From a virus (lineage: Duplodnaviria > Caudoviricetes), in IMG/VR virus record IMGVR_UViG_3300029309_000046, positions 1 to 56,835 of that record: a DNA stretch of 56,835 bases, one strand, 5' to 3'. The notes beneath the pieces are model-generated. The model had not been told where the DNA came from, did not search any database, and saw only the letters and a list, made by a program, of their open reading frames with translations. Positions 54,708 to 56,835 of this stretch are shown here, in pieces. Position numbers and translations under genes: made by a program. How positions within the stretch are numbered: position 1 is the stretch's first letter; the number at the start of each line of letters is the position of its first letter.

Positions 54708-55709
54708 ATGGCAGAAGAAAATAAAAGTCCAGAAGTAGAAATTGATACTGATGGCGTTAACGAAGAAACAATAAACGTAGATGCACCAGAAGTATCTAAT
54801 GAAGCCTTTGAAAAAAAACAAGATGTTGACTTAGGGTATACAGATGTAACTGGTGGTAAAACTGCAAAACAACTTTTAAAAGAATCTAAAGAAGAACCAA
54901 AAGAAGAAGTCCAGATTGAGGAAAAACAAGAGAAAAAAACTCAATCCGATGAAGAAGGTTTGGAGGATTATTCTGAAAAAGTTAAAAAAAGAATTTCTAA
55001 GTTAACTTTTCAGGTAAGAGAAGCTGAAAGAAGAGAAAAAGCAGCTACTGAGTATGCAAAAGGCTTAAAAGATAAATATGAATCAATTTCTAAAAAGTTT
55101 GATGAAACTGATACAAATTATCTTAAGGAATACGGTTCACGTGTTGATGCAGAAAGAGAAAAAGCAAAAAACGCTCTTAAAACTGCATTAGAAGCAAACG
55201 ATGTGAATGCCATAGCTGATGCTCAAGATGTTTTAGCTAAGCTTTCAGTAGAAAAAGAAAAAGTTGCTTTAGCACAAGCTGAAAAAGAAGTGAAAGCTAA
55301 AGAAGCTGCTGAAAAGAAAACTGACGAAACACCTTCACAACCACAACCTCAAATATCACAAAGAGCTCAAAGTTGGGCTGAAGATAATGAATGGTTTGGC
55401 TCTGATAGAGTAATGACCTCAGCTGCTATGGGTATCCATGAGGATTTGATACAGCAGGGAATTGACGCAGAGAGTGATGAATACTATAATCAAATAAACA
55501 AACGTATGAAGGAGTATTTCCCTCAAAAGTTTGCTCAGAGTTCTACGGAAGAAACACCTATGAAGCAACCCGTCCAAAACGTAGGTTCAGTTAGTAGAAG
55601 ATCTGGAGGACGCAAGTCTGTGAAACTCACCAAATCACAGGTAGTTATCGCTAAGAAATTAGGGGTGCCACTAGAGGAATACGCAAAATACGTGAAGGAA
55701 GGAGCCTAA
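54708..55709 (+). CDS. Capsid scaffolding protein-like
   Basis: Acidic coiled coil, YSEKVKKRISKLT, WAEDNEWFG, C-terminal VKLTKSQV.IAKKLGVPLEEYAK. Confidence 0.65.
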   Translation: MAEENKSPEVEIDTDGVNEETINVDAPEVSNEAFEKKQDVDLGYTDVTGGKTAKQLLKESKEEPKEEVQIEEKQEKKTQSDEEGLEDYSEKVKKRISKLTFQVREAERREKAATEYAKGLKDKYESISKKFDETDTNYLKEYGSRVDAEREKAKNALKTALEANDVNAIADAQDVLAKLSVEKEKVALAQAEKEVKAKEAAEKKTDETPSQPQPQISQRAQSWAEDNEWFGSDRVMTSAAMGIHEDLIQQGIDAESDEYYNQINKRMKEYFPQKFAQSSTEETPMKQPVQNVGSVSRRSGGRKSVKLTKSQVVIAKKLGVPLEEYAKYVKEGA

Positions 55710-55710
55710 T

Positions 55711-56178
55711 ATGAATAAAGTAAAAACTTCACGCGAGTCTGAATCTAGAACAAAACTTTCTAGAAAGAAAGATTGGACTCCACCATCCAGTTTGGATGCG
55801 CCAGCTGCACCGCAGGGTTATGCACATAGATGGATAAGAACCTCTGCGAATGGCTTCGAAGATCCAGGTAATGTATCTAAGAAGTTACGAGAAGGTTGGG
55901 AATTCGTTAAAGCCGAAACCATTTTAAATGAAATCGGTGAAAATGATTACCCAGTTATTCACGAAGGAAAACATGCTGGCCTGATCGGAATTGGTGGCCT
56001 TGTGTTGGCAAGGATACCGGAGGAGATATTGAAAAGTCGTGCTGAGTATTTTAGAAAAATAACTCAAGACAGAACAGACGCGATTGATCGGGATCTTATG
56101 AAGGAACAACACCCGGACATGCCTATCAATATTGATAGACAGTCTAGAGTTACCTTTGGTGGTAGTCGTAAAAAATAA
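55711..56178 (+). CDS. Conserved head-module hypothetical
   Basis: WTPPSSLDAP, HRWIR, REGWEFV, GGLVLARIP. Confidence 0.65.
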   Translation: MNKVKTSRESESRTKLSRKKDWTPPSSLDAPAAPQGYAHRWIRTSANGFEDPGNVSKKLREGWEFVKAETILNEIGENDYPVIHEGKHAGLIGIGGLVLARIPEEILKSRAEYFRKITQDRTDAIDRDLMKEQHPDMPINIDRQSRVTFGGSRKK

Positions 56179-56236
56179 TTTTTTTGCATTACCTACCCGA
56201 TGTAGCTTGGATTAATAACTTAAAGGAGAAACAACT

Positions 56237-56815
56237 ATGGCTAATGTCGAAGAAAAGTTTGGTCTAAGACCTTACAGAAAACTAGACGGTACACCTTTAG
56301 CTGGAGCTCAAAACAGATATACGATTGCATCAGGATACGCAGACGCGATTTTCCAAGGAGAAATGGTTGAACCATTAGGAACTGGAAATATTCAAAGACA
56401 CGGTCCTAATACTTCGGATGCTGTTATTGGGGTTTTTAACGGATGTTTCTATACAGATCCAACTACTCAAAAGCCAACTTATAGCAATTACTACCCAGGT
56501 GGTATTGCTGCTTCTGACATCACTGCATTTGTCATTGATGATCCAGATGCAGTATTCTTAATTGATGCTGATGCGGCTTTCACTAGAGCAGATTTGTACA
56601 AGAACTACTCTGTTACAAACACTACTGGTGTTACACAAACAGGAATATCTAAACAGCAACTAGATGTAAGTGTATCTGGTACAGCAACTACTTTTGCTAT
56701 TCAAGCAATTGATATTTGCCAAGACCCAGATAACTCTGACACGTCTTCTGCTAATGCAAATATTCTTGTTAGAATCAACAATCACTTCTTTAGAAGTGGT
56801 ACAGGTATAGCGTAA
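56237..56815 (+). CDS. Capsid-associated (decoration/minor capsid-like) protein
   Basis: MAN....FGLRP, GVFNGCFYTDP, V.DDP motifs; strong RBS; just upstream of the presumed capsid gene. Confidence 0.6.
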   Translation: MANVEEKFGLRPYRKLDGTPLAGAQNRYTIASGYADAIFQGEMVEPLGTGNIQRHGPNTSDAVIGVFNGCFYTDPTTQKPTYSNYYPGGIAASDITAFVIDDPDAVFLIDADAAFTRADLYKNYSVTNTTGVTQTGISKQQLDVSVSGTATTFAIQAIDICQDPDNSDTSSANANILVRINNHFFRSGTGIA

Positions 56816-56830
56816 TAAAGGAGAATAACT

Positions 56831-56835
56831 ATGGC
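56831..56835 (+). CDS. Start of next gene (probably major capsid protein), truncated
   Basis: TAAAGGAGAATAACTATGGC at the window end; identity inferred only from gene order. Confidence 0.35.

Noticed and set aside
1-56835. Alternative genetic code, introns or inteins in polA, helicases or terL; prophage att sites
   Set aside because: Core genes are uninterrupted and of normal length under code 11; no integrase or host genes; the window ends show no visible overlap

Overview
Nearly complete (~57 kb, circularly permuted) genome of an AT-rich marine tailed dsDNA phage with podovirus-type gene content. By inference from gene content and order it resembles SAR11/Pelagibacter phages of the HTVC023P/HTVC027P type and related uvMED contigs. 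The window starts inside a peptidase M15 gene and ends at an RBS+ATG that is probably the major capsid gene. Layout: (1) 0.4-24.5 kb, + strand: adaptor, tail-fibre, nozzle and ejection genes, with a very AT-rich island of five 2OG-Fe(II) oxygenases plus a sulfotransferase, and two glycosyltransferases; (2) 24.5-33.6 kb: replication genes (PD-(D/E)XK exonuclease, SNF2 helicase, SSB-like, AEP primase, UvrD helicase, family A DNA polymerase with Leu762); (3) 33.7-39.3 kb: small genes, structured non-coding stretches, an iteron-like repeat cluster and TerS; (4) 39.4-44.9 kb: minus-strand early-type block of small unknown genes; (5) 45-56.8 kb: VRR-NUC, TerL, portal, many very basic proteins, a free-standing LAGLIDADG ORF, GroES-like protein and scaffold. 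No integrase, RNA polymerase, tRNA or CRISPR array was seen. Best leads: a zincin-like gene enclosed by a perfect 15-bp inverted repeat; a repeated GNRA-hairpin/RBS cassette in the early block; a near-perfect Irr (ICE) iron box; a recurring hydrophobic-x-x-G-G motif and shared C-terminal tag across basic and ejection proteins; and a three-way-junction sRNA candidate. All calls come from reading motifs by eye, with no database searches.
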